This document shows positions 33,680 to 44,263 of a stretch of DNA of 64,000 nucleotides, piece after piece. Both the position numbers and the translations under genes were made by a program. The notes under the pieces were generated by a model. That model had not been told where the DNA came from. It saw only the letters and a program-made list of their open reading frames with translations, and searched no databases. Position 1 is the stretch's first letter. Every line of letters starts with the position of its first letter. This stretch comes from an uncultured delta proteobacterium. GTDB lineage: Bacteria > Desulfobacterota > Desulfuromonadia > Desulfuromonadales > JACZKF01. Where the stretch lies: contig CAWFKQ010000013.1 in the NCBI GenBank assembly GCA_963816395.1, positions 64,001 through 128,000 of the forward strand. Direction: 5' to 3'.

Positions 33680-34896
33680 CTAGAAGAAGTACATGGCCGC
33701 GACCTGGAAGCGGTTCGCCTTCCCTTTGTCGTCGGTGGCACCAGCCGGTTGCGCCAGGTATTTGGTTTCCAGGCGCTCATATTCAGCGGCCATCCGGAAG
33801 CCCGCGCCGAAGTCGTAGGTGACGTTGGCGTAGGCCCCTGAGTGGTATTGCTCTGCCGCGCCCGTGTAGTCATCGGCATTGAGAATGTTTCTACGCCGAG
33901 TAACCAACGACGAAACCGAGGGGGTCGGTCGGATAGAACATGAGCTGACCCCAGGCGCCGTAACCTTTGGCGGGGACCAGGTCGCCGTTGTTGTTCTAGG
34001 ACGGTCGCCTGCGAGTTGGCAGCCAGCCCGCCTGCCTTCAGGCCGGCGGAAACGTAGGTCTGCCCTTCAAAGGACAAGGTCATGGCGCGGCTCTTGCCGT
34101 CGCTGGATCTCAGCACCGGGACATGGGTGTAAAAGCCGTAACCGTAGATGTTCCGTTTTTCATCCTGATTGCCTGAGATTTTCTCTTGCCCCCAGATGCC
34201 GAAGACGCCCGCGATCAGGGGCTGCATCGGAATCCCCCAGTAGCCGGGGGAGACGCCGAGCGCCTTGCTGTTGAACATCGCCTGGCCGGCAACGTTCACG
34301 CCGCTGGTTTCAAAGCCGGGATTGGCATTCTGGACGGGATCCTGCACCCCGCCGATCAGCGTCAGCCAGTTGCTGTCGTTGAAATGGATATTGTGGGTAA
34401 GGCGGGCCTGGGCGACCCGGGGGTTGTTCGGGACGCCAAAATTGCCACCGGTATTGAAGTCAACCGTTGACGCCGCGCCCGGAGCGAAAATATCCCAGAA
34501 CTGGCCGAACATGAACTGGGTGTCTTTCCACGCCAGAGTGCCGGTCGCGTGACGCATGCGGAAATTGCCCGATGAATTGGAGCCGCCCGGGCCGTAGAAG
34601 TCGCCCTCGACGAAACCGATCATCTTGGCGCCGAGGACCTCGCCGCCGGAGACCTTCAGATGAATACGGGATTGGCGGGCGGTGAGAATCGACTGCTGCG
34701 TTTCCGACGCCGGGGTGCCATCCGCCTTCACCGGACCGGAAAGAGGTCCCAGGGCGGCATCCTGGTGGATGTAATCGAGTTTAACGTAACCCCCGATGGA
34801 AGCATCCCATTTGCTGCTCACCGTGCCAGCGGTGGCGTCCAGACAAAGAAAGCCAACGAACGAAAAGGCAACTGCCAACAATAAAATCTTTCTCAT
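33680..34896 (-). CDS. outer-membrane porin, DcaP-like (frameshifts ~33900-34000)
   Basis: Signal peptide, GGYVKLD, TARQSRI, FVEGDFYG, FRMRHA, FGQFW; C-terminal RFQVAAMYFF. Confidence 0.75.
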
Positions 34897-35166
34897 GCTC
34901 GAATTCCTCCTACATAGGCTTAAATTTGGGAACATCCCAGCTTCTGCGCCATTTCAGGCAGAAATTAAAAAGGAATCTAAAACGCCCACCCCCTTTCATT
35001 AAAAATTAGGGGAGATGGTGGCTCTTTGCCGGCAAGTGTCGCCAGGTACGCTGCCGCCTCCCATGAGTTGCTTACTTGAAAATTCCCGCTCCTGGATTTT
35101 TTCTCGGTGATTTTCCACGATTGCCGGTGCAAAGCCCCGGCTGAAAATGAGCATTAGGATGCTGGA

Positions 35167-35196
35167 ATACTAACAGATCGAAATTTTACACGTCAA
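35167..35196 (-). promoter_or_regulatory. sigma70-like promoter upstream of porin
   Basis: TTGACG-N18-TAGTAT with AT-rich upstream tract. Confidence 0.45.
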
Positions 35197-35239
35197 CAAA
35201 AAATAAAACAAAGTTATATTATAAAATCTTCTTATTTCC

Positions 35240-37062
35240 CTAATTTTCGGCGAAAAAAGGCCCGCCGACAGGGCGGGCGACAATAGAAACTGCTACCTCT
35301 TTGATCAGCGGAAACGCGATCAGCCGACTCCTTGCCTCGCCGCCGAAAAGGGAACCCGATTCGGAGACGACCAGGAGGATCGCCTTGTCCGTGACGGCCA
35401 GGCCCTGGATCGGATTTTCCAGCGGCTCGCCGAGGCTGCCCTTGACGAACATGCCATCGCGGTACTTGAGAACGGCTATCCAGCTTTTGCTGATCCCTGG
35501 ACCGATTCCCGGCGCCCGGAAGGATGAGCCTTCGCAGGCGATGGCCACCAACTCGGGACGGCCGTCGCCGTCCAGGTCGGCGGCCACCGGCGCCACCTCG
35601 AAGGGGGTGGTGGTGAAGAGCCGGTCCGCCGCCCCGGGATTGAGATCGTAGGTCATCGCGGAGATGCTGCCGCCCATCTGCTGGGAAGACTCGTAAATCG
35701 ATTTTCGGCCGTCGTAAATGGTCAGGGTGCGGTTGCGGACGGTCACTGTCTGCGGGTGACCGCTGCCGGTGAGGTCGGCGAAAAGGCTGCCCTGGATGGG
35801 GAAAGGACGGGAAATTGCGAAAGAGGGGTCAACCAGGTCGACTTTCCCACCCGCCAGATGCACCTCCTTGATATGGTCGCCGAAGAAAATGTCGCGATCG
35901 AAGTTCTGGGCGAGCAGGGTCTCGGGCTGGCCGTCGCCGTCCCGGTCGAAGCTGCCCAGAATCGAAGAAATCTCTTCCCGTACCGGCACCAGCCGGTCGC
36001 CCCGCAGAGCATAGATCGATCCGGAAACCGTCAGGCCGCTGGCCGGACTATAGGCGCCGTTCTCTTCCATGCCAGAGGTGACGGCAAGATAAAGCTGACC
36101 GCCATTCTCGGGGCGCCACCAGTGCAGGGCATAAATCGGCCCCGGGCGGGTGGTGTCGCCGGCGGCCAGCAGGCCCAGGCCATTGGTGACGGCATAGACG
36201 CGGATTTTCGAGCCGTCGGTGGCGGCGAGCAGGAGGCGGTCGCCGTCGCGGACGAAATCGGCCATGACCGTCCGCCCGGAAAGATCGCCGATCTTTTGAA
36301 AGCCCGGGTAGGTGACTCCGCCGTCTCCCGCACTCTGGCCGCTCTGCCACTGAACGGGCACGGCCGCGGGAGCAGCTAAGGCCGCCGCAGCGGGGGCAGC
36401 TACAGGCACCGGGACGGGGGAGTGAACAATGCTTCCCGCCGTCGGGGCGGTTTTCGGCCAGCTATAGGAGCGGATGACCTGGAAGCCGGCGCCGTGTACG
36501 GTCAGGCTGTCATCGGTATAGACGAAGATCAGCCCCGCATCGGCAGCCGGGGCGGTGGGAGTGGCGGGACGGTTCGCCTGGGCGGCGGCATAACCCTGCC
36601 ACTCGAGATCGGGCAGCGCCTGTTGCAGTTCCTCGAAGTAAGTCTCCCCCCGGCCGGTGTAGTCCCAGAATGCCGCCGGCACCCCGGCAAAGCGGCGCAC
36701 CTGGTCGCCGCGCTGAATTTTCTCCCCTTTTCCCACTGGCTGGGTGTAGGAATACCCTCCCTTGACCCGGGTGACCTGGAGAACGGCCTTGACCCGGTCA
36801 AGGCTGCCGAGGACTTCCTTGGTGACCGGGTGGATGATCTTTTCGCCGGGCTCGACCACGCTGACCAGGTCGCCGGGAGCCAGCCCCTTGCTGGCATCGA
36901 GGTCGATCAGGTATTCGTTCCCCACCGCCATGATGAGGATGCCGGAGGCCGGCTTGAAATCGTGGCCGATCTGTTCGGGGATGCCGGCCTGCGCCGGGGG
37001 AACGGCAAACAGCAGGGAAAGGAGAAGACGGGGACGGCCAGTGCGGAACGACGGCAGGACAT
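35240..37062 (-). CDS. exported FG-GAP/VCBS repeat protein with N-terminal FlgT-C-like domain (frameshift in signal peptide)
   Basis: DRDGDGQPE, ADLTGSGHPQ, ADLDGDGRPEL repeats; IIHPVTKEVLG motif. Confidence 0.7.
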
Positions 37063-37144
37063 GGAAACAAACCCTTTCTGACGACAGTCTATAACAATGG
37101 CAGGTCGGGTCAGGATAATGGATTTTTTCTCAGGAATAAAGAAG

Positions 37145-37179
37145 AAAAGGGGCCGGGCTTTGCAGCCCGGCCCCTCTTT
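37145..37179 (-). terminator. intrinsic terminator after second porin
   Basis: AGGGGCCGGGCT/AGCCCGGCCCCT stem flanked by A and T runs. Confidence 0.75.
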
Positions 37180-37202
37180 GTAACGATCTGTCGGCGTTCC
37201 GC

Positions 37203-38550
37203 TTAGAAGGAGTAGCGGACGCGGGCGGTGGTGCGGAAGATGTCGTCCGCCGAGCCAGTGGCGGTGAAGTTGTCCATGCCGTCGTCGGAGAAGAGATAGC
37301 CGGCATTGACGGCCAGTTCCACGTTCGGATACAGCTTGTAGGAGATGTGGGCGTCGATCTCGGTGCCGAGCTTGTCCTCGCCGTTCGGCAGGTCTTCGGC
37401 GGTCATCACGTACATGACGGCGGCGCCGAGCGACAGCTTGTCGTTGGCCTTGAAATCAGCGGCCAATTTGTTGAAGATGGCGCCCTTGTTCAGGAAGTAG
37501 GGAGCCTCGGTGAAGTAGTTGTCGTCGGTGTAGCCGCCTTCAAAGAAGATGACGCTGTCGAAGAAGTCGACGTCGGTAGCCATGAAGTTGTCGATATCGC
37601 CGTCGGTCGCGTCGTCATCGCCGGAGACATACCAGCCGGTGTAGGTCAGGCGGACCTTGCCCAGGTTGACGCCGAGATCGGCATGGCCGAAGTAGCCGCC
37701 GAGGTCCAGATCATTGCCGGTGCCGCCGACATGGCCGCCCTGGTAGGCCGCATCCCAGTTCACGAACAGGCCGACGCCGCCGGCCGGGAAGGTGACGGAG
37801 CCGTCGGTGCCGATGGTGTAGATGCTGTACTGGGCGTTGCCGACCTGCTTCATTTCATAAACGGTGTTGAAGTCGGTGACGCTTCCCTCATCGTCGCTGT
37901 TGGCGCCCTGGTAGAGGGCGAAGACGCCGGCCTTGATGTCCTTGGTCGGCTTGAAGTCGCCGCGCAGCATGAGGGCGTCGTTGTCCTCGAAGGTGCTGTC
38001 GTCATGGTCATCGTTGAAGGACTCGCGGCCGCGCATCCAGGCGGCGGTGTAGGCGACCGGGCCGGCATCGCCCTTGAGCTGGACGCCCATGACGGTTTCC
38101 GACCAGACGAACTTGTTGACGGTGAAAGGCTGCAGGCCGATGATGACCCGGTTCTTGTTGGCGGTGGGCAGGGCGATGTCGGTGTAGGCCCAGCGGGTCT
38201 CGATGTTCACGCCGTCGCCGGAGTAGGTGGCGCCGCCGCCCTTGCTGTATTTCGAGTCGCCGAAACGCAGGGCGCCGAGCTCGATGGCGTACACGCCCTT
38301 GACCTTGCCGTCGTTGGTGGCCATGTCGGCCCACAGGCGGTACTTGATGTCGCCCCAGAATTCGGAGATGGAGTTGTGACTGACCGGCGTACTCCTTGAT
38401 GGTCTCGCTGCCGGCGTACATTTTCGCCTGATTGGTGTAAAGGTTGAAACGGTTGTTCAGATCGCCGTGCACCGCAACCTCGGCGGCCATGGCCGACCCG
38501 GCAAAGCCGAAAGCCAGCAGCGCCGCCAGAAAAAATGCAAATCTATTCAT
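37203..38550 (-). CDS. outer-membrane porin / beta-barrel (frameshift ~38380)
   Basis: Signal peptide ..GSAMA, acidic loops, LGTEIDAHISYKLY, C-terminal ARVRYSF. Confidence 0.8.
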
Positions 38551-38623
38551 TGCTTTTGCCTCCTAAATAAATGAGATGTCAACGAATACCGGCGGGGCAG
38601 CCAGAGGCCGACCCGTCGGCTTG

Positions 38624-38770
38624 TTACTGGCCCCCGTTAACCGGCATTTGAAATTCATAGCCGCAGGCGGGGCATTTGACGTGGGTCTTCTCCGGAGGGC
38701 GCGAAGTGGCGCATGCGGAGAGGGAAACGGCGAACAGGACCATCAGTAGCAACGTGCCCAGCTTTTTCAT
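38624..38770 (-). CDS. small lipoprotein with a single CPACG knuckle (48 aa)
   Basis: MKKLGTLLLMVLFAVSLSACATSRPPEKTHVKCPACGYEFQMPVNGGQ*; AGGAGGTG RBS; LSAC lipobox. Confidence 0.8.
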   Translation of the reverse strand: MKKLGTLLLMVLFAVSLSACATSRPPEKTHVKCPACGYEFQMPVNGGQ

Positions 38771-38855
38771 CTTTTCACCTCCTTTCCTGCAGAGCGGTTC
38801 ACCATTGGGCCATTGCGACCATGAAGTGCACAGTTAATGAAACACCATCCAGACA

Positions 38856-38872
38856 TACAACAATGGTGCCAA
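38856..38872 (-). promoter_or_regulatory. possible sigma54 promoter
   Basis: TTGGCAC-N5-TTGTA on minus strand (-12 element deviates from TTGC). Confidence 0.3.
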
Positions 38873-39093
38873 GCATTTTCTCCACTTAAGATTCAATTAA
38901 ACTACAGAAATTCATGGGAATCAAGCCATCTTTGGGGGCCAGGCCGATAATTTTCTTCGGACCTGCTTTTTTCTCTGTTGAGGTAGCGCCACACCCCTGT
39001 GGTATTTGAAACACAGGAAGGTCCCCTTCGGAACGAAAAAGCGGTAGCCTTTGCCCGATTGTCAAAGATCAAAGGGTGAAGCGGGAAAACCGT

Positions 39094-39573
39094 TCAACCG
39101 CCCAGGAGCTTGCCGATACTCTCCTTCAGCGCGGCGGCGCCGATCAGGCTGCCGTCCCGCTGCACCTTGAAATCGCGGTCGATCAGCAGCAGGCGCGGAA
39201 TCAGATAAAGATTGTAGGCCCTGGCAGCCCGGCCATCGTCGAGCAGGATGGGGTGGGCGAATTCCATCCCCTTGACATAGTCCCGGACCATCTGTTCGGA
39301 GTCCTGGACGAATACTTCAACCACGGCGACGTCATGCGCCAGCAGGTAGTCCTTGAGCTGCCCGATCTCCTGGCTCTGCTGCTGGCAGGTAGGACACCAG
39401 GTGGTGGCCAGCTTGAGGACAATGACCTGCCCCTTGAAATCGGAGAGGCTGACCTGCTTCCCCTCCAGGGTGGGCAGCTTGAAATCGGGAGCGAGGACGC
39501 CGTTTTCGACGGCCCGCGACAGGGGCGCGAAGGCGAACAGGAGCAGGACCAGGAGCAGACGTGGTGAATACAT
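39094..39573 (-). CDS. TlpA/ResA-like thioredoxin-fold protein
   Basis: APDFKLPTLEG, ATTWCPTC, IPRLLLID. Confidence 0.85.
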   Translation of the reverse strand: MYSPRLLLVLLLFAFAPLSRAVENGVLAPDFKLPTLEGKQVSLSDFKGQVIVLKLATTWCPTCQQQSQEIGQLKDYLLAHDVAVVEVFVQDSEQMVRDYVKGMEFAHPILLDDGRAARAYNLYLIPRLLLIDRDFKVQRDGSLIGAAALKESIGKLLGG

Positions 39574-39807
39574 TTTTTCGCATACAGACTCCGATGGGAC
39601 GTTGAGTCCTGCCGCAAAAGCTTAACAATCCGGCAGGGCAAGTCAAGGGAATGGTTCCGGCGACGCTGTACCCCTCCTCCGTTCTAAAAAAGTCCCGTAA
39701 GTGTAGAGAAAATAAAACATATTGTCAAGGTGGGAAATTAATGCCCTGAAATCCAGGCCGAGGAAACGGAGCGTTGGGGAGTGTCGTCTTCTCCGGTTAG
39801 GGACCGG

Positions 39808-40236
39808 TTAGGTTCCGGTTATTTCTTGCTGCCCCTGCGGTTGGCAGAGCTCGGTCAGCACGCCGCCGGTCGCTTTGGGATGGAGGAAGGCGATCAGGGT
39901 GCCATGCGCGCCCCGGCGCGGTTCGGCATCGATCAGGCGGATATCCCGCTGGCGGAGCTCGGTCAGGGTGGCGCGCAGATCTGCCACCTGATAAGCGAGA
40001 TGGTGGATCCCTTCACCGTTCTTCTCCAGAAACCTGGCAACCGGCGAATCGGCAGAGGTGGGCTCGAGCAATTCGATCCGGCTCTCGCCCACCGCCAGAA
40101 AGCCCACGCGCACTTTCTGCTCAGGCACCTCTTCGCATCCCTCGAAGGCCATTCCGAGAACATCCCGGTAGAAGGGAAGGGCGGCTTCGATACTGCGAAC
40201 GGCGATGCCGATGTGGTCGATTCTTTCTGATTTCAT
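39808..40236 (-). CDS. mce: methylmalonyl-CoA epimerase
   Basis: IDHIGIAV, IELLEP, GEGIHHLA, AFLHPKATGGVLTELCQ. Confidence 0.92.
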   Translation of the reverse strand: MKSERIDHIGIAVRSIEAALPFYRDVLGMAFEGCEEVPEQKVRVGFLAVGESRIELLEPTSADSPVARFLEKNGEGIHHLAYQVADLRATLTELRQRDIRLIDAEPRRGAHGTLIAFLHPKATGGVLTELCQPQGQQEITGT

Positions 40237-40278
40237 AAAATCCCCGTAACTGTTCTGGTCAAAGGAACGAGAAGGCTA

Positions 40279-40380
40279 TTAACGCAAAGGGCGCAAAGAA
40301 GAATGAAAGGCGCAAAGGAACCGAAGCCAGATTCTGAATTTCTTTGCGACTTAATTTCAACCTTTGCGGCTTTGCGTTAA
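40279..40380. mobile_element. empty inverted-repeat element, AACGCAAAG family
   Basis: TTAACGCAAAGGGCGCAAAG..AAGGCGCAAAG / CTTTGCGACTT..CTTTGCGGCTTTGCGTTAA. Confidence 0.7.
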
Positions 40381-40425
40381 GAGAGCGTGGCCTTAGACTC
40401 AAGCCCTGAATAGCCATAAATCCCC

Positions 40426-40904
40426 AACGCAAAGGCGTGAAGAGGAAAGACAAGGCGCCAAGATTATTTACAGCCCGTTAACAACTCTGTGAATTCCGTC
40501 AGCAACCTTGGTCTCGCCAAAATTGATCAAAAGTCCAAGCTTTTTGTTTGTCAGTCGGAGATAGGTCAAAAGCTGAGCCTGAAAAACTGGATTTATTTTT
40601 TCAACGGCCTTCGCCTCAATGATGACTTTATCACTTACAATCAGATCAAGAAGCAAAGGACTTTTTATCTTCACGCCCTTGTAGAGAACCGGCACTTTTA
40701 CCTGTCGTTTTACTTCAAAGCCTCGCAGCCCGAGTTCACATCCCATGGCCTCGACGTAAACGTCCTCCAGTAAGCCAGGGCCGCCAAGTTCCCGGTGCAC
40801 CTCAATTGCAGCGCCAATGATGGCATTGCTGATCTGGTTCTCGTCCACTCCCCCTCCTAATTTTACTTTGCGCCTTGCCCTCTTTCTTTGCGTCTTTGCG
40901 TTAA
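40426..40904. mobile_element. gene-carrying inverted-repeat element, AACGCAAAG family, enclosing GxxExxY gene
   Basis: Left arm AACGCAAAGGCGTGAAG..AAGGCGCCAAG (40426-40462); right arm CTTTGCGCCTT..CTTTGCGTCTTTGCGTTAA (40866-40904). Confidence 0.65.
40468..40848 (-). CDS. GxxExxY protein (PD-(D/E)XK nuclease-like)
   Basis: GTG start after GGAGG; IIGAAIEVHRELGGPGLLEDVY, DLIV..KVIIEAKAV, AQLLTYL..GLLINFG; visibly AT-richer than flanks. Confidence 0.92.
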   Translation of the reverse strand: MDENQISNAIIGAAIEVHRELGGPGLLEDVYVEAMGCELGLRGFEVKRQVKVPVLYKGVKIKSPLLLDLIVSDKVIIEAKAVEKINPVFQAQLLTYLRLTNKKLGLLINFGETKVADGIHRVVNGL

Positions 40905-42556
40905 AGCACCACAGTCTCCTGATGCTCGCCAAAGACCTCGCGCAGAATGTCGGAAATCTCCCCGAGGCTGGCGTAAGCCTTGACTGCGGCAATGATGTGC
41001 GGCATGAGGTTTTCGGTTCCCTGGGCGGCCTGGCGGAGACGATCCAGCTTCTCCCGCAGAACACCACTGTCGCGTTGCCCTTTGATCTCCGCCAGCGACT
41101 GCTTCTGGTTGATTTCCACCTCCGGCTTGATCTTCAGCAGGTCCCTGGGGGCCTCCTCCTCAACGGTGAACTGGTTGACGCCGACGATGATCTGTCCCTT
41201 GCTCTCGATGCCCTTCTGATAGGCGTAGGCGGAGTCCTGGATCTCTTTCTGCTGAAAGCCTCGGCTGATCGCCTCGGCGGCTCCGCCGAGTTCGTCGATG
41301 CGGCGGATGTAGGCCGTCGCCTTTTCCTCGATCTGATCGGTCAGGCTTTCCACCAGATAGGAGCCGGCCAACGGGTCGATGCTGTCGGCGACACCCGATT
41401 CACAGGCGATCACCTGCTGGGTGCGCAGGGCGATGCGCACCGAATCCTCGGTCGGCAGGGCGAGGGCCTCGTCCCGGCTGTTCGTATGCAGCGACTGGGT
41501 GCCGCCCAGTACCGCCGCCAGGGCCTGAATGGTAACGCGCATGATGTTGTTGTCCGGCTGCTGGGCGGTCAGGGTGCAGCCGGCGGTCTGGGTATGGAAA
41601 CGCAGCATCTGACTGCGCGGGTCCTTCGCTCCAAAACGATCCCTCATGATTTTTGCCCAGAGGCGGCGGGCGGCGCGGAATTTGGCCACCTCCTCCAGCA
41701 GGTTGTTGTGAGCATTGAAGAAGAAGGCGAGGCGCGGAGCGAACTCATCGACATCGAGCCCGGCCCGCACTGCCGCTTCCACGTAGGCGATGCCGTCGGC
41801 CAGGGTGAAAGCCACTTCCTGCACGGCCGAGGAGCCTGCTTCGCGGATGTGATACCCGGAGATGGAGATGGTATTCCACTTCGGGACGTGCTCTCTGCAG
41901 AAGGCGAAAATGTCGGTGATGATCCGCATCGATTCCTGCGGCGGGTAGATGTAGGTCCCCCGGGCCATATATTCCTTGAGGATGTCGTTCTGGATCGTTC
42001 CGCTGATCTTGTCGGCAGAAACTCCCTGCTTTTCCGCCACGGCAATGTACATGGCCAGCAGAATGGCGGCGGTGGCGTTGATGGTCATGGAGGTGGAAAC
42101 CCGGTCCAGGGGGATGCCTGCGAAGAGGGTCTCCATATCGGCGAGGGTGTCGATCGCCACGCCGACCTTGCCGACCTCGCCATCGGCCATGGCACTGTCC
42201 GAATCGTATCCCATCTGGGTGGGGAGATCGAAGGCGACGGAAAGCCCGGTCTGCCCCTGCTGCAGCAGATAGCGGTAACGTTCGTTCGACTCTCTGGCGG
42301 TGCCGAAGCCGGCGTACTGCCGCATGGTCCAGAACTGACCCCGGTACATGGTCGGCTGCACGCCGCGGGTATAAGGGAATTCGCCGGGCAGGCCGAGCCG
42401 CTCCAGGTACCCCGGATCATCCTCGGCCGGCAGGAAAACGCGCTCGATGTCGATATCGGAGGTGGTGCGAAAATCCGGCCGGCGCTCGGGGCGCTTGTCG
42501 AGGACCTTTTTCAGGGTGGTCGATTCCCATCGGTGCTTTTCATCTTGGATATTCAT
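40901..42556 (-). CDS. methylmalonyl-CoA mutase, substrate-binding large subunit (no B12-binding domain)
   Basis: [64 protein letters not shown]. Confidence 0.92.
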   Translation of the reverse strand: MNIQDEKHRWESTTLKKVLDKRPERRPDFRTTSDIDIERVFLPAEDDPGYLERLGLPGEFPYTRGVQPTMYRGQFWTMRQYAGFGTARESNERYRYLLQQGQTGLSVAFDLPTQMGYDSDSAMADGEVGKVGVAIDTLADMETLFAGIPLDRVSTSMTINATAAILLAMYIAVAEKQGVSADKISGTIQNDILKEYMARGTYIYPPQESMRIITDIFAFCREHVPKWNTISISGYHIREAGSSAVQEVAFTLADGIAYVEAAVRAGLDVDEFAPRLAFFFNAHNNLLEEVAKFRAARRLWAKIMRDRFGAKDPRSQMLRFHTQTAGCTLTAQQPDNNIMRVTIQALAAVLGGTQSLHTNSRDEALALPTEDSVRIALRTQQVIACESGVADSIDPLAGSYLVESLTDQIEEKATAYIRRIDELGGAAEAISRGFQQKEIQDSAYAYQKGIESKGQIIVGVNQFTVEEEAPRDLLKIKPEVEINQKQSLAEIKGQRDSGVLREKLDRLRQAAQGTENLMPHIIAAVKAYASLGEISDILREVFGEHQETVVL

Positions 42557-42577
42557 GGCAGTCTCCTGGGTCGTTGT

Positions 42578-42769
42578 TTAACGCGAAGGCGCGAAGTGGG
42601 CAAGTCAAGGCGCAAAGATACCCATCATGGTTTTTTAACGCAGAGGCGCAGAGGCGGCCTAAACCTTTTCAATTTTTTATGTTTTTCTCTGCGTCTCTGC
42701 GCCTCTGCGTTAAAACTTGAGCTTATTTTCCCTTTGCGCCTTCGTTTGCCCTTTGCGCCTTTGCGTTGA
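42578..42769. mobile_element. AACGCAAAG-family element with a nested AACGCAGAG-variant element (42635-42713)
   Basis: Outer arms TTAACGCGAAGGCGCGAAG..AAGGCGCAAAG / CTTTGCGCCTT..CTTTGCGCCTTTGCGTTGA; inner TTAACGCAGAGGCGCAGAG / CTCTGCGCCTCTGCGTTAA. Confidence 0.7.
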
Positions 42770-42776
42770 GTATGAA

Positions 42777-43337
42777 TTACCGGGTCACCACCGCCAGCAC
42801 CTGCACCTCCTGACCGTCGAGGGACAGCAGGCGATGCTTCAGGGAGGAATCGAAATAGACGGCATCCCCTTCCTCCAGAATCAACCGCTCTTCTTCCAGG
42901 AGAATCTCTGCCCTCCCTTTCAGGATCAGCAGAAACTCCTCGCCTTCATGATTGTACAGGGCCTCTTCGGCGGCCCGTTCGGAGACGGTCAGCAGAAAAG
43001 GTTCCATTTTCTTGTTGCGTTTGCGGAAGGAAAGCGCTTCGTAGGTGTACCCGTGGCCGGTGCCCGATCTGGAAATGACATGACTGATCACCCGCCGTTC
43101 ACCCTTGCGAACCACCTCGTAGCGACCCTCCGCTTCTTCCTCGTCGAAGAAATGACCCATTCGGACATCGAAAAAACGGGCCAACTTGGAAAGAGTGGCG
43201 ATTGGCGGCGAAACGTTATTATTTTCGATCTGGGAAATGAGCGCAGGGGAGAAGCCCGTTTCGCGAGCAACGTCCTGGAGGGTGAGCTTGCGCGCCTTCC
43301 GCAGCTTTTTCATTTTACTGCCAATGTTGAAATCCAT
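42777..43337 (-). CDS. XRE-family HTH transcriptional regulator with cupin domain
   Basis: LTLQDVARETGFSPALISQIENN..PPIATL; MEPFL, HEGEEF, GDAVYFDS..H. Confidence 0.92.
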   Translation of the reverse strand: MDFNIGSKMKKLRKARKLTLQDVARETGFSPALISQIENNNVSPPIATLSKLARFFDVRMGHFFDEEEAEGRYEVVRKGERRVISHVISRSGTGHGYTYEALSFRKRNKKMEPFLLTVSERAAEEALYNHEGEEFLLILKGRAEILLEEERLILEEGDAVYFDSSLKHRLLSLDGQEVQVLAVVTR

Positions 43338-43379
43338 TTCCGGTCACCGCTATAGGTAAAAAAAGATTTTATGGCTCAA

Positions 43380-43408
43380 AATTTAATTGACGGGATGAAA
43401 AAAGTCAA
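43380..43408 (-). promoter_or_regulatory. sigma70-like promoter of XRE-mutase-epimerase unit
   Basis: TTGACT-N17-TAAATT in an AT-rich region. Confidence 0.5.
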
Positions 43409-43860
43409 CAAAGTTATTTATTTAGAATAAAAATATTTTAGCCGTAATGAACAAAGCGGCGCCTGTTTTCTGCTTTTGCTCTTTTCGACAATGGAAATCC
43501 TTTCTCTGCACGGCTCTGACCGATAAGGGCTGGAACCTGATTTGGGCGGCGCAAAAAGGTGGAGCCGGGAGAAAAAATTCTTTCCTGCGCAAGCCTGGGA
43601 TTCCAGGCTGCCGGCATCGATTCAGAACTGCGGTAATTTTTTATTTTCTTCTTGTATTCCGGCCCACTTGGATGCCTTCTTCGCAGTCGCCCAAGGTTTC
43701 CGTTGCCTTTTTAGAATAACGGTCTGGCCAGCAAAACAGAAAAACTTATAACATGCTGTTTTGAAAGGAAAATTCAAAAATTTTCGCTTGCAATGGAAAA
43801 AGCAGTCGATATATTGTTAAAAACAATGAGTCGCAATTATTACCATCAAGGAGAACAAAC

Positions 43861-44073
43861 ATGAAATGCCCCGTCTGCAAAAGCCATGAGCACGTAGCCA
43901 TCGATCTGCACGCAACTGGTTTTGCGGAGAACATCGTTGAGTGCCGCGTCTGCGGCAGCATCTGGGCCATCAACCACGGTGCGACGGAAATCGTCCGGGA
44001 CACCCAGAAGAAATCCTTCCTCGAAGCGCAGACCGAGTGCGTCGAAGGAGACGATTATTACCTGGTTGCCTGA
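43861..44073 (+). CDS. small zinc-ribbon protein
   Basis: MKCPVCK...ECRVCGSIW; AAGGAG RBS. Confidence 0.75.
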   Translation: MKCPVCKSHEHVAIDLHATGFAENIVECRVCGSIWAINHGATEIVRDTQKKSFLEAQTECVEGDDYYLVA

Positions 44074-44263
44074 AGAAGATTTCCTGGTGATGCGCTAATC
44101 TTATGCCTATAAGGATCACGGGTTTCACCACGAAGCCGCCGAGGACACTTTCCCTTAGTTTTAATCCCAGTCGGATTCCCTTTTTCCTCGTCAGCGCTCA
44201 AGGTTCTCCCGCGGGCGAAGAGAGCGTTTAGGTCAGGGCAACTTGATAAACGTCCGGTCAAAC

